This document shows, piece after piece, positions 26,655-37,066 of a stretch of DNA of 61,002 bases. Source of the stretch: a virus (Duplodnaviria > Caudoviricetes); IMG/VR virus record IMGVR_UViG_3300011115_000173, positions 1-61,002 of that record. One strand, 5' to 3'. Position 1 is the first letter of the stretch. Each line of letters begins with the position of its first letter. Below the pieces are notes generated by a model. That model saw only the letters and a program-made list of their open reading frames with translations. It did not search any database and was not told the origin of the DNA. Both the position numbers and the translations under genes were made by a program.

Positions 26655-29538
26655 ATGACTATGTTCAATGAGTTCAAACGAATGTTCAAGACCCCTACGC
26701 CTATGCAGATGGCAGTGGCAGAGCTTGCCGATGTTGAGCTGGAGCTGCTCAAGGCAGAGACCTACGTGGAGTACGCCAACAGCATCGTGATGTACAACAC
26801 TGCCCGAGCCAAGCGCCTGCGTGCCTACATCGACGCACAGAACCGCACACAGGAGCAACAGCATGACGACCTATGAGTGGGACTGCGAGCTGCATACCGA
26901 GGGTGAGTTAAAGGATAGTGAGGTGCTATCGCACAGCTACCTCACCGACTACAGGCGCGTCAAGGAATTCATCGACGCAGCGGTGCCAGACGAGGGCTGC
27001 GAGTTTGTGGCTGTGCTTGTTCGGACTGACGACGACAACAAAGCGTGGGCTTACGTTCAGGACGGGCAGCTACCCAAGTTTTTTCTTGACGCATACAACA
27101 GCGAGTACCGCAAGGTGCCGAAGAAGTTTCACGCCGAGGTAGCCAGAGTTGAAGGAGAAAAGAAGTGCTGATGCAAATCATTGACCTTACGTTTTTATTT
27201 TTTGCACTGTCGGGGCTGGCGTTTTGGATAGCGTTGGTATGCCTTTGTGTTTATATGTGGAGGAATGAACCATGAACAAAGAAATCAAAGAACAATGGAT
27301 TGCCGCACTGACAAGCGGTAAGTACAAGCAAGGCATAGGTCAGCTACGCAGTGGCAACAAGTTTTGCTGTCTTGGGGTGCTGTGCAATTTACACGCGCAA
27401 GCGCATCCAGAGATTGCTGAGAAACAAACAAGACCGGGAAAGTACATGGGCGAAGACTCTTTCTTGCCAAATGAGGTTATGGAGTGGGCGGGATTAGATA
27501 GTGATGATGGTGGATATGTTGTGTGCGATGAGAACGTGACATTATTGGCTGAAAGAAACGATGACGGTTTTTCATTCCGCAAGATTGCCAAAATTATTGG
27601 GGAGAAGTTTTGATGACACACACAGAAGACATTATCCGCATGGCGCGTGAGGCTGGCATTCAAGATGCACATTCCCGCGACCCCCACACAGGTGTTATGG
27701 CGCAACTTCAACGCTTTGCCGCCCTTGTTGCAGCGGACGAGCGCGAGGCTTGTGCGAAGCTGGCAGACCTTGCAGAGCCGTATCAGACGGCTGATTTAAT
27801 CCGAGCAAGGGGGCAAGCATGAACAAGGAACGGAGCGCATATCTACACATCATCACTTTGCCATTTGTTATTTCAGCGGCATTTGAATTTTTACCTGCGT
27901 GGCTGTATTGGCCTATTGCTGTGATTTGCGGCATTGCGTGGTTCGGTGCTTTTGTAAATTTGTCAGAGGTAAACCATGACTAAAGACGAAGCATTGAAGC
28001 AAGCTGTTTATGGGCTGGAAAGAATACTGGGCACGTTTGAAAAAAACGGCAAAGTTGTAATGTCGTCAATGATTCGCAATGAGTTGTTTGCAGAAATAAG
28101 TTTGCTTTTGAAGAAAGCTAAAAAAGCCTTGGCACAGCCAAAGGAGAACATATGACTAAAGAAGTATTGGAGCTGGCGCTTGAGGCGTTGGAAGTTTACT
28201 GGGGCAAGGCAGAACATCGTCGTACCAAAGAAGATGAAAGCAAAGCGGTAGAAGCCATTACCGCTATCAAAGAAGCCTTGGCACAGCCAGTGCAGGAGCC
28301 TGTGGCGATGAAGTTCAAAATCTACCTGCCCGTGAAGCATCAAATCAACCACGCAAACTTGCCTTGGGTGTATGACCAAGACCGTTCAACTGGAAGTGTT
28401 GCAAGCATGTGGGTTACGCCTGTGGCAACACTTCCACCACAACACAAGGAGACAAAATGACATGGGGTCAGACTGTCGCGTTCGTATTGTTCTTATATGT
28501 TTTCTTTATTGCTTTGACGGAGGGCTTTGATGACTAAGAAGGGAGACAACGCTGACTTGCTGTGCCAAGACTGCTATGTCCCATTGTTCCGATGGTTCTT
28601 GTCGCGTGTGGATTGGGTGAGGATACTCAAGACGCAAGGCGACGAACCGCTACGGAAAGAAATACAAACCGCAAAAAGTGAAAGGGTCACAAATGATTGA
28701 AGTATCTATATCGGAGATTGTTCTGTTCGCATGGGCATCACCTGACATTTGGAATGACCCTGTGTATATAAAGAAGGAGAACAAATGACCTACGAAGAAT
28801 TTTTAAAATTTGTGCCGCGCAAGTGTATGTACGAAACCATCTATGAAGATAGTAATGGGCATACGCTTCTTGTGATTAAGCTGCTTGATGCCTACGGTAT
28901 GGTGAACAAAGCCCAGCGCGAATGGGTAGGGCTGACGGAGGAGGATAAATCCGCCATCTTGCAACATAAGTGGTGGAACTTTGAAGATGAGTTTGACCTA
29001 GACGGATTACTGAAATTGGTTGAACAACGGTTGAGGAGCAAGAACACATGAACTGGGACGAATACAACATCTTATTCCACAAGTGCAACCTAAACCTTGT
29101 GGCGTTTAAACGGCTGATGGACTGCGACCAAGAAGTGTTAAAGCTGGTGAACGCCGCAATAGAAACAAAGCGCCCGTGGGTAGGGCTGACGGAGGAGGAA
29201 TTAAAACCGTTGTGTGACGAATGGCGAGTTGTCTACGGCGGGTGGACCGAGGACTTTGCAAAAGCCATCGAAGAAAAATTAAGGAGTAAGAACACATGAC
29301 TGATAAGAAACCACCAAACGTCTTTGATTGGCGGCGTACACCGAAAGACAGCATTGTGAGAGCAATAAGCGAAACAGCGCAGCGCAGCGCCAGCGCTACA
29401 AAAGTTGTTGAGAGGCACCGCGCCAAGGACCCAAACTACGGCAAGATTTCAAAGCTATCGAAGCCCCATGAGGGGGGCTTACTTCAACCAAGGCCGTTCA
29501 CGGTATACAGCAAAGTAAAAACGACGAAAGGAAGTTGA
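26655..29538 (+). other. Cluster of small middle CDS (e.g. 26655-26876, 26863-27171, 27272-27613, 27610-27822, 27819-27983, 27976-28155, 28152-28460, 28785-29051, 29048-29299, 29296-29538)
   Basis: Mostly ATGA-coupled ORFs; recurrent ALAQP and WVGLTEE peptide modules; several short hydrophobic ORFs. Confidence 0.65.
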
Positions 29539-29539
29539 G

Positions 29540-29755
29540 ATGAATGCGGACGAAAGACAGGTCAGCGGCAACCACTACAAGGACATGCCCATCCAGCCTT
29601 GGGCAATCATGGAAGCCGTAATGACGCACGAGGAGTTCCTTGGATTTCTCAAGGGCAACATAATCAAATACAGTCTGAGAGCTGGACGCAAGGACGGCAG
29701 CGATGACGCAGGCAAGGCGCTGCACTACATGCAGAAACTGAAAGAGGTGATGTGA
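29540..29755 (+). CDS. DUF3310 / T7 gp1.7-like putative nucleotide kinase
   Basis: QVSGNHY...IQPW...FLKGNIIKYSLRAGRKDG..D..KALHY. Confidence 0.75.
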   Translation: MNADERQVSGNHYKDMPIQPWAIMEAVMTHEEFLGFLKGNIIKYSLRAGRKDGSDDAGKALHYMQKLKEVM

Positions 29756-30123
29756 TGACATCCGCTCGTATGGAACGTGCGTTAATACTGGCGGACAAGT
29801 GCTGGGAAAAAGCAAACAACATTGCGCCGGAGTTTGTGGAGCGCTATCTTGAATTGTGTGAAGAGCTGCTGACCACAAAACCGCTCGTTCAGGGGGATGA
29901 GTTTAGAGAGTACTGCAATCATGGCAAGCTGTATCGAGACAGCAAGCTGCACCCCAACGTGTGGGTGTCAGGCGTGCGGGCGCTCAAAGCGCTTGGTTGG
30001 ATTGAACCCATAGCGAAGGTGCTGCCAACACAGGCGCACAATCACATGCCGTCCGTTACGCTGTGGCGCAGCGCCGTTTTTTACGAAGAAGTTAAAGGAA
30101 CACACCATGCCCCAGACACCTGA
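29752..30123 (+). CDS. Hypothetical protein
   Basis: 123-aa ORF coupled to both neighbours. Confidence 0.65.
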   Translation: MMTSARMERALILADKCWEKANNIAPEFVERYLELCEELLTTKPLVQGDEFREYCNHGKLYRDSKLHPNVWVSGVRALKALGWIEPIAKVLPTQAHNHMPSVTLWRSAVFYEEVKGTHHAPDT

Positions 30124-30400
30124 AGGTAAAGTCAAGGCAGCAGTACGTAAGCTGCTGGTCGAGTACGGTATCTACTACTTCAGCCCCGCAGCGAATGGCT
30201 TCGGGCGTGCGGGTATACCGGACATCATCTGCTGCGTTCAGGGCAGGTTCTTAGCCATCGAGTGCAAGGCAGGAAAGGGAACAACAACCGCACTGCAAGA
30301 CCGTGAGTTAGCGGCGATACGCACCGCTGGCGGCATGGCGATGGTGGTGAACGAAAACAACTTATTGGAACTAAAGGAGAAACTGCAATGGATGATATGA
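30107..30400 (+). CDS. VRR-NUC nuclease (Holliday junction resolvase-like)
   Basis: PEGKVK...GIPDII...FLAIECKA...LQ. Confidence 0.85.
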   Translation: MPQTPEGKVKAAVRKLLVEYGIYYFSPAANGFGRAGIPDIICCVQGRFLAIECKAGKGTTTALQDRELAAIRTAGGMAMVVNENNLLELKEKLQWMI

Positions 30401-30666
30401 CAGATGCGCACGTAATGAGAGCGCTTGAAGATATAAACGAGGAAGCGCGCGAGTACCTCAAGCTGCTGCTAAGCCGCGTCATGCGCTGCTTCGTAGACCC
30501 CGAATATAGGGCGGTGATGATATTTAGAAGACCCGGAGAAGAAATGTCGTCAGTCTGTACAGCCAACTGCGACGAGGCAACCGCTGCTGACGTACTCAGT
30601 CAGGCATACAACACGATGATATTCATGTCCACAGCAGACGCACCACCCAAGGAGAACTTTAATTGA
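30388..30666 (+). CDS. Hypothetical protein
   Basis: 92 aa; AAGGAGAA RBS. Confidence 0.65.
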   Translation: MDDMTDAHVMRALEDINEEAREYLKLLLSRVMRCFVDPEYRAVMIFRRPGEEMSSVCTANCDEATAADVLSQAYNTMIFMSTADAPPKENFN

Positions 30667-32633
30667 CCGCACCCTACGACCAGATAGTAACCATCGACTT
30701 TGAAACGGTCTGGTACCGCAAGACAGGCTACTCGCTTTCTATGATGACAACAGAGGAGTACATACGCCATGATGACTTTCACGCTTTTGGAGCGTGTACC
30801 CATTTATTTGGAAGCGATGAACCAACTGAGTGGGTACGAGGACACGACCTACATAAACACCTTCAGCAGTACGATTGGGGACGAACCGCCATCCTTGCAC
30901 ATAACGCACAGTTCGACGTATCAATACTCGAATGGGTCTACGGAGTACGACCCGCCTTTATCTTCGACACCTTATCAATGGCGCGGGCTTTACGCGGCGT
31001 GGAGGTTGGCAATAGTCTCGCCAGACTTGCAGCAGATTTTGGTCTTCCCGCTAAAGGGACAGCCGTATACAGTACAGAGGGACTCAATACACTTTCCCCT
31101 GCGCTTGAAGCCGAACTCGCTGAATACTGCAAACACGACGTATATCTCTGCGAACAAATTTTTCAACGCCTTGTTGAAGGATATCCGGCGAAAGAGTTAC
31201 GGCTAATCGACATGACGCTCAAGATGTACACACGCCCTGTGCTGGAGCTGGACAGCGCCATGTTGGTCGATGCCATACACACCGAGAAAGAAGCCCGCGA
31301 AGCGCTACTCACAAGGCTCAACGTGGACGAGGCGGTGCTTGCATCGAACCCAAAGTTTGCTGCCACACTGGAGGCGCTCGGTGTACCCGCTCCGCGCAAG
31401 ACGAGTAAGACGACAGGCAAGAGCACCCTTGCACTGGCAAAGAGCGATGCGATGTTCCAAGCCCTGCTCAACGGGGAGAACGAAGACGTAGCGCTTTTGT
31501 GCGAGGCGCGGCTGAAGGTCAAGTCAACAACCGAGCGTACACGGGCACAACGCTTTCTGGACATCAGCAAGCGCGGGGCGCTCCCGGTTCCTCTGAGCTA
31601 CTACGGAGCCAGCACGGGTAGGTGGACAGCCAGCAAGGGCAGCGCCATCAACATGCAGAACCTAAAGCGCGGCTCGTTCCTGCGCAAGTCAATCATGGCT
31701 CCGGCTGGGCACCAGCTTGTTGTAGGTGACCTGTCTCAGATTGAGCCACGGGTGTTAGCGTGGCTGGCGGACTACGAAGAGATGCTTGACATCTTCCGCG
31801 CAGGAAGTGACCCCTATGCTGCTTTCGGTGCTCAGATGTTTGACATCCCCGGCTTGACCAAGGAGAGCCACCCAGACCTTCGCCAGTCGGCAAAGTCGGC
31901 GCTGCTGGGCTGCGGGTATGGCCTAGGCTGGGCTTCGTTTGCATCGCAGCTAACAACAGGGTTTCTGGGTGCGCCGCCTGTGCGTTACAGCGGCTCGTTT
32001 GCGCGGCAACTGGGCGTTACCAAGAAAGGGGCGATTACATTCTTGAAGTGGCTGGACACAGAAGCCAAGCTACGGAACATCCCGCACACATGCAGCATAG
32101 ACGAGTTGGTTCTCCACTGTCTCGCTGCTAAGGCCATCATCGACAAGTACCGCCGAGCCGCTGCGCCAGTGGTAGCGCTGTGGGAACTGTTTGGGAACTT
32201 GATTCAGCACAGCCTGTACGAAGGCAACGAGTACACCCACAAGTGCGTGACCTTCAAGAAGGGTGAGATTGTGCTGCCCTCGGGTATGAGCCTGCTGTAC
32301 CCCGACCTTACGCCGGGGAAAGACGAGCAGGGAAGATTGCAGTGGACATACGGCGCAGATAAGACTAAACTGTATGCAGGAAAAATAACCAACAATGTCA
32401 CGCAGGGCGTAGCGAGATGCGTGATGACTGATGGGATGCTCAGAACCGCGAAGAGGTACTTCGTGGCTGGAACCGTGCATGACGAGCAACTTGTCGTTGT
32501 GCCGGATGAGGAGGTTGCTGACGCTAAGACTTGGGTCTTGGCGCAGATGACTATGGAGCCGAAGTATATGCCGGGCATACCTTTGGCTGCGGACGGCGGC
32601 GCACACAGGCGCTATGGATTGGCAAAGAACTAA
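30663..32633 (+). CDS. polA: Family A DNA polymerase with 3'-5' exonuclease domain
   Basis: Exonuclease DFET, HNAQFD, YCKHD; motif A DLSQIEPR; motif B RQSAKSALLGCGYG; motif C VHDE; TTG start. Confidence 0.92.
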   Translation: MTAPYDQIVTIDFETVWYRKTGYSLSMMTTEEYIRHDDFHAFGACTHLFGSDEPTEWVRGHDLHKHLQQYDWGRTAILAHNAQFDVSILEWVYGVRPAFIFDTLSMARALRGVEVGNSLARLAADFGLPAKGTAVYSTEGLNTLSPALEAELAEYCKHDVYLCEQIFQRLVEGYPAKELRLIDMTLKMYTRPVLELDSAMLVDAIHTEKEAREALLTRLNVDEAVLASNPKFAATLEALGVPAPRKTSKTTGKSTLALAKSDAMFQALLNGENEDVALLCEARLKVKSTTERTRAQRFLDISKRGALPVPLSYYGASTGRWTASKGSAINMQNLKRGSFLRKSIMAPAGHQLVVGDLSQIEPRVLAWLADYEEMLDIFRAGSDPYAAFGAQMFDIPGLTKESHPDLRQSAKSALLGCGYGLGWASFASQLTTGFLGAPPVRYSGSFARQLGVTKKGAITFLKWLDTEAKLRNIPHTCSIDELVLHCLAAKAIIDKYRRAAAPVVALWELFGNLIQHSLYEGNEYTHKCVTFKKGEIVLPSGMSLLYPDLTPGKDEQGRLQWTYGADKTKLYAGKITNNVTQGVARCVMTDGMLRTAKRYFVAGTVHDEQLVVVPDEEVADAKTWVLAQMTMEPKYMPGIPLAADGGAHRRYGLAKN

Positions 32634-32639
32634 GGAGAA

Positions 32640-32969
32640 GTGATGGAAAAGAAAGCAGTAAGACATCCGATACCGCGCAGGATGCGCATCGGCAAGAAAA
32701 TGTACTCAGTTGAGATTGTGGAGGCCATGCTTGAGAAGCGCCGTAAGGGCACCATCAACTACACGGCGCAGACAATCAGGCTGGGGCAGCGCAGCAACGT
32801 GACGAACAAGGCGTTCCAACCAGAGCAATTGCAGGAGACTTTCTGGCACGAAGTTATCCACGGCATCCTGTACGACATGGGACGCAGCACACTGAACCGG
32901 GACGAGCGCTTCGTCAGCGAGTTCGCATACCGACTGACCAAGGCAATTAACTCAGCGAGGTTTGAATGA
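32640..32969 (+). CDS. Small HExxH metallopeptidase-like protein
   Basis: ETFWHEVIHGIL...DERFV. Confidence 0.6.
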   Translation: MMEKKAVRHPIPRRMRIGKKMYSVEIVEAMLEKRRKGTINYTAQTIRLGQRSNVTNKAFQPEQLQETFWHEVIHGILYDMGRSTLNRDERFVSEFAYRLTKAINSARFE

Positions 32970-33637
32970 CCACCAAGAAAGTAACGTGGAGCCACAGCTC
33001 CCTCAAAGACTACGAAGGCTGTGCTCGGCGTTACCACGAGGTCAAGATTCTCAAGAAGTACCCCTTCGTTGAGACCGATGCAACGCGCTACGGAACGATA
33101 CTACACAAGGCCGCTGAAGACTACGTGGCTGACGGTACGCCGATTCCCCCAGAGTTCGCGTTCGTCACGGCTACGCTGGATGCGCTGATTGCCAAGCCGG
33201 GGCGCAAGATAGCCGAGCTTCAGATGGCGCTGACTCAAGACTTGAACGTGTGCGATTGGAAGTCTAAGGACGCATGGGCGCGGGGTATTGCCGACTTGCT
33301 CATCATCGACGACGAGAACATGACAGCGTGGGTGGTGGACTACAAGACGGGCAACGACAAGTACCCAGACCGTGACCAGCTACGTCTCATGTCTTTGATG
33401 GTGTTCAAGCACTTCCCGCACATACGCAAGGTTAACTCTGCGCTGCTGTTCGTGGTCAAGAACTCGATGGTCAAGCACAGCATGACGGTTGACGAAGCCG
33501 ATGCTGAGTGGTGGCGCTATCGGGAGCGAGTCGCTAAGATTGAGGCGTCGGTAGCGAACGACATATGGAACCCTACACGTACCCCGCTCTGCGGCTGGTG
33601 CAGCGTAGTGGATTGTGAATTTAACACTAAGAGGTAA
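32966..33637 (+). CDS. PD-(D/E)XK exonuclease (RecB/Cas4-like)
   Basis: WSHSSL..Y..C, GTILH, GIADL, VDYKTG, C-terminal CGWC...C. Confidence 0.85.
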   Translation: MTTKKVTWSHSSLKDYEGCARRYHEVKILKKYPFVETDATRYGTILHKAAEDYVADGTPIPPEFAFVTATLDALIAKPGRKIAELQMALTQDLNVCDWKSKDAWARGIADLLIIDDENMTAWVVDYKTGNDKYPDRDQLRLMSLMVFKHFPHIRKVNSALLFVVKNSMVKHSMTVDEADAEWWRYRERVAKIEASVANDIWNPTRTPLCGWCSVVDCEFNTKR

Positions 33638-33640
33638 ATC

Positions 33641-33886
33641 ATGGCACAACCAAGCAGCAAACGCGATTACAAAAAAGAGTACGCCGAGTATCACGGCCAA
33701 CCCAAACAAGTCGCCAACCGTGCGGAGCGCGTCAAAGCGCGGCGCATCATGGAGAAAACGGGCGAGGCAACTAAGGGGGATGGCAAAGATGTTGACCACA
33801 TCAAGCCCCTCAAGAGCGGCGGCACTTCGGCAAAGAGCAACCTGCGAATGCAGAGCATTGCAAAGAACCGCGCCAGCTCAAAATAA
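33641..33886 (+). CDS. Small HNH endonuclease-like protein
   Basis: DVDHIKPLKSGG....NLR......NR. Confidence 0.75.
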   Translation: MAQPSSKRDYKKEYAEYHGQPKQVANRAERVKARRIMEKTGEATKGDGKDVDHIKPLKSGGTSAKSNLRMQSIAKNRASSK

Positions 33887-33898
33887 TATGGAGACGTA

Positions 33899-35461
33899 AT
33901 GGAAATCATTGAAAACAAGGCACTACTTTTAAGAACGCGCAGTCCAGATAAATACAAGGTTATTCCGAGAAGCAAGATAGTCGAAGAGCATGAAGATGGG
34001 TCAAGTTCAGTAGCAGTTTTCTGGGGGTTGGATGAGGTCAGGGTACTCAAGAACTTAGGTGTCAAGAACATACCCTCGCCCATTACGCGCAACTACACAT
34101 GGCCCGGACGTTACAAGCCGATGGCGCACCAGATTGAAACGGCATCGTTCCTGACGCTGCACCGCAAGGCGTTTGTGTTCAGCGAACCCGGCACAGGCAA
34201 GACGCTCAGTGCGCTGTGGGCAGCAGACTACTTGATGCAGCGCGGTGAGGTGCGGCGTGTTCTCGTACTGTGCCCACTGTCCATCATGCAGTCGGCGTGG
34301 ATGGGCGACATCAGCAACAGCGTTATCCATCGTTCAGCCATCGTTGCCCACCATCCGCAAGCATCGCGGCGCATCGAGATGATTCAGAAGAACTACGAGA
34401 TTGTCATCACCAACTACGAGGGTCTGAACCTTATTGCCAGCGAAGTGGTTGCCAACGGGAAGTTTGATTTGGTTATCGTGGACGAGGCGAACTCTTACAA
34501 GACCGTGAGCACCAAGCGCTGGAAGTCCCTATCAACAGTTATCAAGCCCCAGACGTTTTTGTGGATGATGACCGGAACCCCGGCATCGCAGTCTCCAGTG
34601 GACGCATACGGGCTGGCTAAGCTGGTGAACCCAGAGGGCGTGCCAAAGTTCTTTACCGCATGGCGCGACAAGGTGATGAACAAAATCACTACGTTCAAGT
34701 GGGCACCGAAGACCGAGGCCAAGCAGTTGGTACACACGGCGCTGCAACCCGCAATCAGGTTCACAAAAGCCCAGTGCCTAGACCTACCGCCAGTCGTCAC
34801 CATCACGCGAGAAGTGGCGCTGACACCGCAGCAAGCCAAGTACTACAACCAGCTCAAAGACCAGATGATGATTTATGCGGCAGGCGAGACAATCAGCGCG
34901 GTCAATGCCGCAGCTAGCGTGTCCAAGCTGCTTCAGATAAGTTGCGGTAACGCATACACCGATGACCACGAAGTCGTTGAGTTCGACGCATCACCAAGGC
35001 TCAGCGTGCTGGAAGAAATACTTGAAGAGACAGACCGCAAGGTTTTAATCTTCGCTTTGTTCCGCTCCAGCATCGACCTGATACACACGCACTTGCTCAA
35101 AAAGGGAATCAGCGCGGAGTGTATTCACGGCGGCGTTACGCCCCCAAAGCGTTCAGATATTATTCGGCGCTTTCAAAACGAAGCAGACCCCAGAGTGCTG
35201 GTGATGCAGCCACAAGCTTCGGCACACGGGATTACCCTAACTGCTGCGGACACGGTTGTGTTCTACGGACCATTGATGTCTGTTGAGCAGTATGTGCAGT
35301 GCATAGCACGAGCTGACAGGAAGGGTCAGGACTCAGACAAGGTGACCGTCATCCACATCGAGGGTAGCCCCATCGAGAAAAGGATGTTCAAAGCCTTGCA
35401 AACGAATGTGAGTAGTCACTCACTTTTGACTGAGATGTTCAACATGGAAATAAAAAAGTAA
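33899..35461 (+). CDS. SNF2-family (SF2) helicase
   Basis: PGTGKT, IVDEA, MTGTP, HGITLT, Q...RADRKGQ. Confidence 0.9.
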   Translation: MEIIENKALLLRTRSPDKYKVIPRSKIVEEHEDGSSSVAVFWGLDEVRVLKNLGVKNIPSPITRNYTWPGRYKPMAHQIETASFLTLHRKAFVFSEPGTGKTLSALWAADYLMQRGEVRRVLVLCPLSIMQSAWMGDISNSVIHRSAIVAHHPQASRRIEMIQKNYEIVITNYEGLNLIASEVVANGKFDLVIVDEANSYKTVSTKRWKSLSTVIKPQTFLWMMTGTPASQSPVDAYGLAKLVNPEGVPKFFTAWRDKVMNKITTFKWAPKTEAKQLVHTALQPAIRFTKAQCLDLPPVVTITREVALTPQQAKYYNQLKDQMMIYAAGETISAVNAAASVSKLLQISCGNAYTDDHEVVEFDASPRLSVLEEILEETDRKVLIFALFRSSIDLIHTHLLKKGISAECIHGGVTPPKRSDIIRRFQNEADPRVLVMQPQASAHGITLTAADTVVFYGPLMSVEQYVQCIARADRKGQDSDKVTVIHIEGSPIEKRMFKALQTNVSSHSLLTEMFNMEIKK

Positions 35462-35466
35462 AGGAG

Positions 35467-35509
35467 TTGCAAAAACAGAATTCGCATGTAAACTGTCCAA
35501 CCTTAGACA
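35467..35509 (+). promoter_or_regulatory. Sigma70-type promoter overlapped by operator-like site 3
   Basis: TTGCAA-16-TAAACT, with TGTCCA-ACCT-TAGACA (35494-35509) covering the start region. Confidence 0.6.
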
Positions 35510-35528
35510 AATAATACAGGAGAAGTTA

Positions 35529-35933
35529 ATGACCACAGAAGTTATCCCCCTCGACAAGTTAGCGAAGGTCTATCGAAAGATTCGCAGCGAAATCGAAACG
35601 CTGACCAGAGAGTACGACACGCAAGTGGAGTTGCTCAAGGCCACGCAAACCGACATCAAGCACGCAATGAAAGACCAGATGCAAGCGCTTGGTGTCACCT
35701 CAGTCAACACGCCGCAAGGCACAGTTGTCTTGTCGATCAAAACACGCTACTCAACATCGGACTGGGATTCGTTCAAGACCTTTGTGATGCAGCATGAAGC
35801 GCTCGACCTTTTTGAGAAACGAATTGCCCAATCCAACATGAAGCAGTTTCTCGAAGAAAACCCCGGCGTTCTGCCGCCCGGACTTAACTCCAATGCAGAG
35901 TTCGATATCAGTGTAAGAAAACCATCCAACTAA
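35529..35933 (+). CDS. Replication-module coiled-coil protein
   Basis: N-terminal coiled coil, TPQGTV, DWDSF, LPPGL. Confidence 0.7.
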   Translation: MTTEVIPLDKLAKVYRKIRSEIETLTREYDTQVELLKATQTDIKHAMKDQMQALGVTSVNTPQGTVVLSIKTRYSTSDWDSFKTFVMQHEALDLFEKRIAQSNMKQFLEENPGVLPPGLNSNAEFDISVRKPSN

Positions 35934-35944
35934 GGAAAACCAAA

Positions 35945-36931
35945 ATGAGTAACGTAGCTCTTTTCAACCCCGCTAATGTCCCCGCCTTTGCACGCAAAGC
36001 TGAGATGTCGGATATCGCCAAAGCCCTTGCAGGCGGTGGTGCTGGTGCCAGCGGTCACCGTGTTTCAATCAAAGGCGGCGTGTTCCGTCTGGTTGCTGGT
36101 GGCAAAGAAGTCGCCGCGATTGACGAGCGCTTTCTTGATGTTGTCATCGTCAAAGCCGCACCGAAGATTGCCCGTGTGTTCTACGCAGCCAAGTACGACA
36201 AAGACGCGTCTGCCGCAGCGCCTGATTGCCAATCCAATGATGGTGACAAGCCTGACCCAAGCAGCAAGAACAAGCAGTCCGAGACGTGCGCCAGTTGCCC
36301 GAACAACGTAGCGGGTTCTGGTCAGGGTAATAGCCGTGCCTGCCGTTACCAGCAGCGCTTGGCTGTGACTTTAGCCAACGATATCGAAGGCAATGTGATG
36401 CAGTTGACTTTGCCAGCACAGTCTATCTTCGGCAGGGAAGAAGGCGACAACCGTCCGCTGCAAGCGTACGCTCGTTGGTTGGTTGCACAAGGCGTTGACC
36501 CCAGCACCGTGGTGACCCGCATGAAGTTCGACACTGCCAGCGAGTCGCCCAAGTTGTTCTTCAAAGCAATGCGCTGGTTGACCGATGACGAGTTTGCTGA
36601 AGCCACCGCACAGGGCAGCACCGAAGCCGCCAAGAAGGCCATCACGTCTGACTCAGGCAGCATGGACATGGGTAAGCCAGCAGACGCGCTCAAGGGCGCA
36701 GCACCTAAAGCCAAGGCCAAGCCAATGGGTGACCTCATGAATGAGGAAGACGCACCTGCGTACGAACCCATCGCGGCAAAAGCAAAAGCCAAGGCCAAGC
36801 CAGCCCCTGTGGTCGAGGAAGACGAAGAAGCGGAAGAGCCAGTCGTCAAGAAGGCACCAGCGGCAAAGCCAACGGCTGTACCCGGCAAGAAGGCGCTGGC
36901 TGATGTCGTCGCTGACTGGGATGACGAGTAA
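35945..36931 (+). CDS. Putative single-stranded DNA-binding/annealing protein
   Basis: Cys cluster (CQS...CASCP...AC); A/K/E-rich linker and acidic-aromatic C-terminus DWDDE; replication context. Confidence 0.6.
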   Translation: MSNVALFNPANVPAFARKAEMSDIAKALAGGGAGASGHRVSIKGGVFRLVAGGKEVAAIDERFLDVVIVKAAPKIARVFYAAKYDKDASAAAPDCQSNDGDKPDPSSKNKQSETCASCPNNVAGSGQGNSRACRYQQRLAVTLANDIEGNVMQLTLPAQSIFGREEGDNRPLQAYARWLVAQGVDPSTVVTRMKFDTASESPKLFFKAMRWLTDDEFAEATAQGSTEAAKKAITSDSGSMDMGKPADALKGAAPKAKAKPMGDLMNEEDAPAYEPIAAKAKAKAKPAPVVEEDEEAEEPVVKKAPAAKPTAVPGKKALADVVADWDDE

Positions 36932-36943
36932 TTAAGTAAGTTT

Positions 36944-37051
36944 CGCTGGGCCGCAGGCAGCGGTCGCATTGCATGGGTCGGCGGTAATTTCTCGTCGTTA
37001 GACATGACACACAAATCCATGACTGCGTTTCCTGCCCTGCGTGTCCCAGCG
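36944..37051 (+). other. Long intergenic stem-loop
   Basis: Nested pairings CGCTGGG/CCCAGCG, CGCAGG/CCTGCG and CATGG/CCATG. Confidence 0.6.
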
Positions 37052-37066
37052 CCCTTTAAGACCACT

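Noticed and set aside
32966-33637. Cas4 as evidence of a CRISPR system
   Set aside because: A solo PD-(D/E)XK exonuclease in a standard phage replication module.
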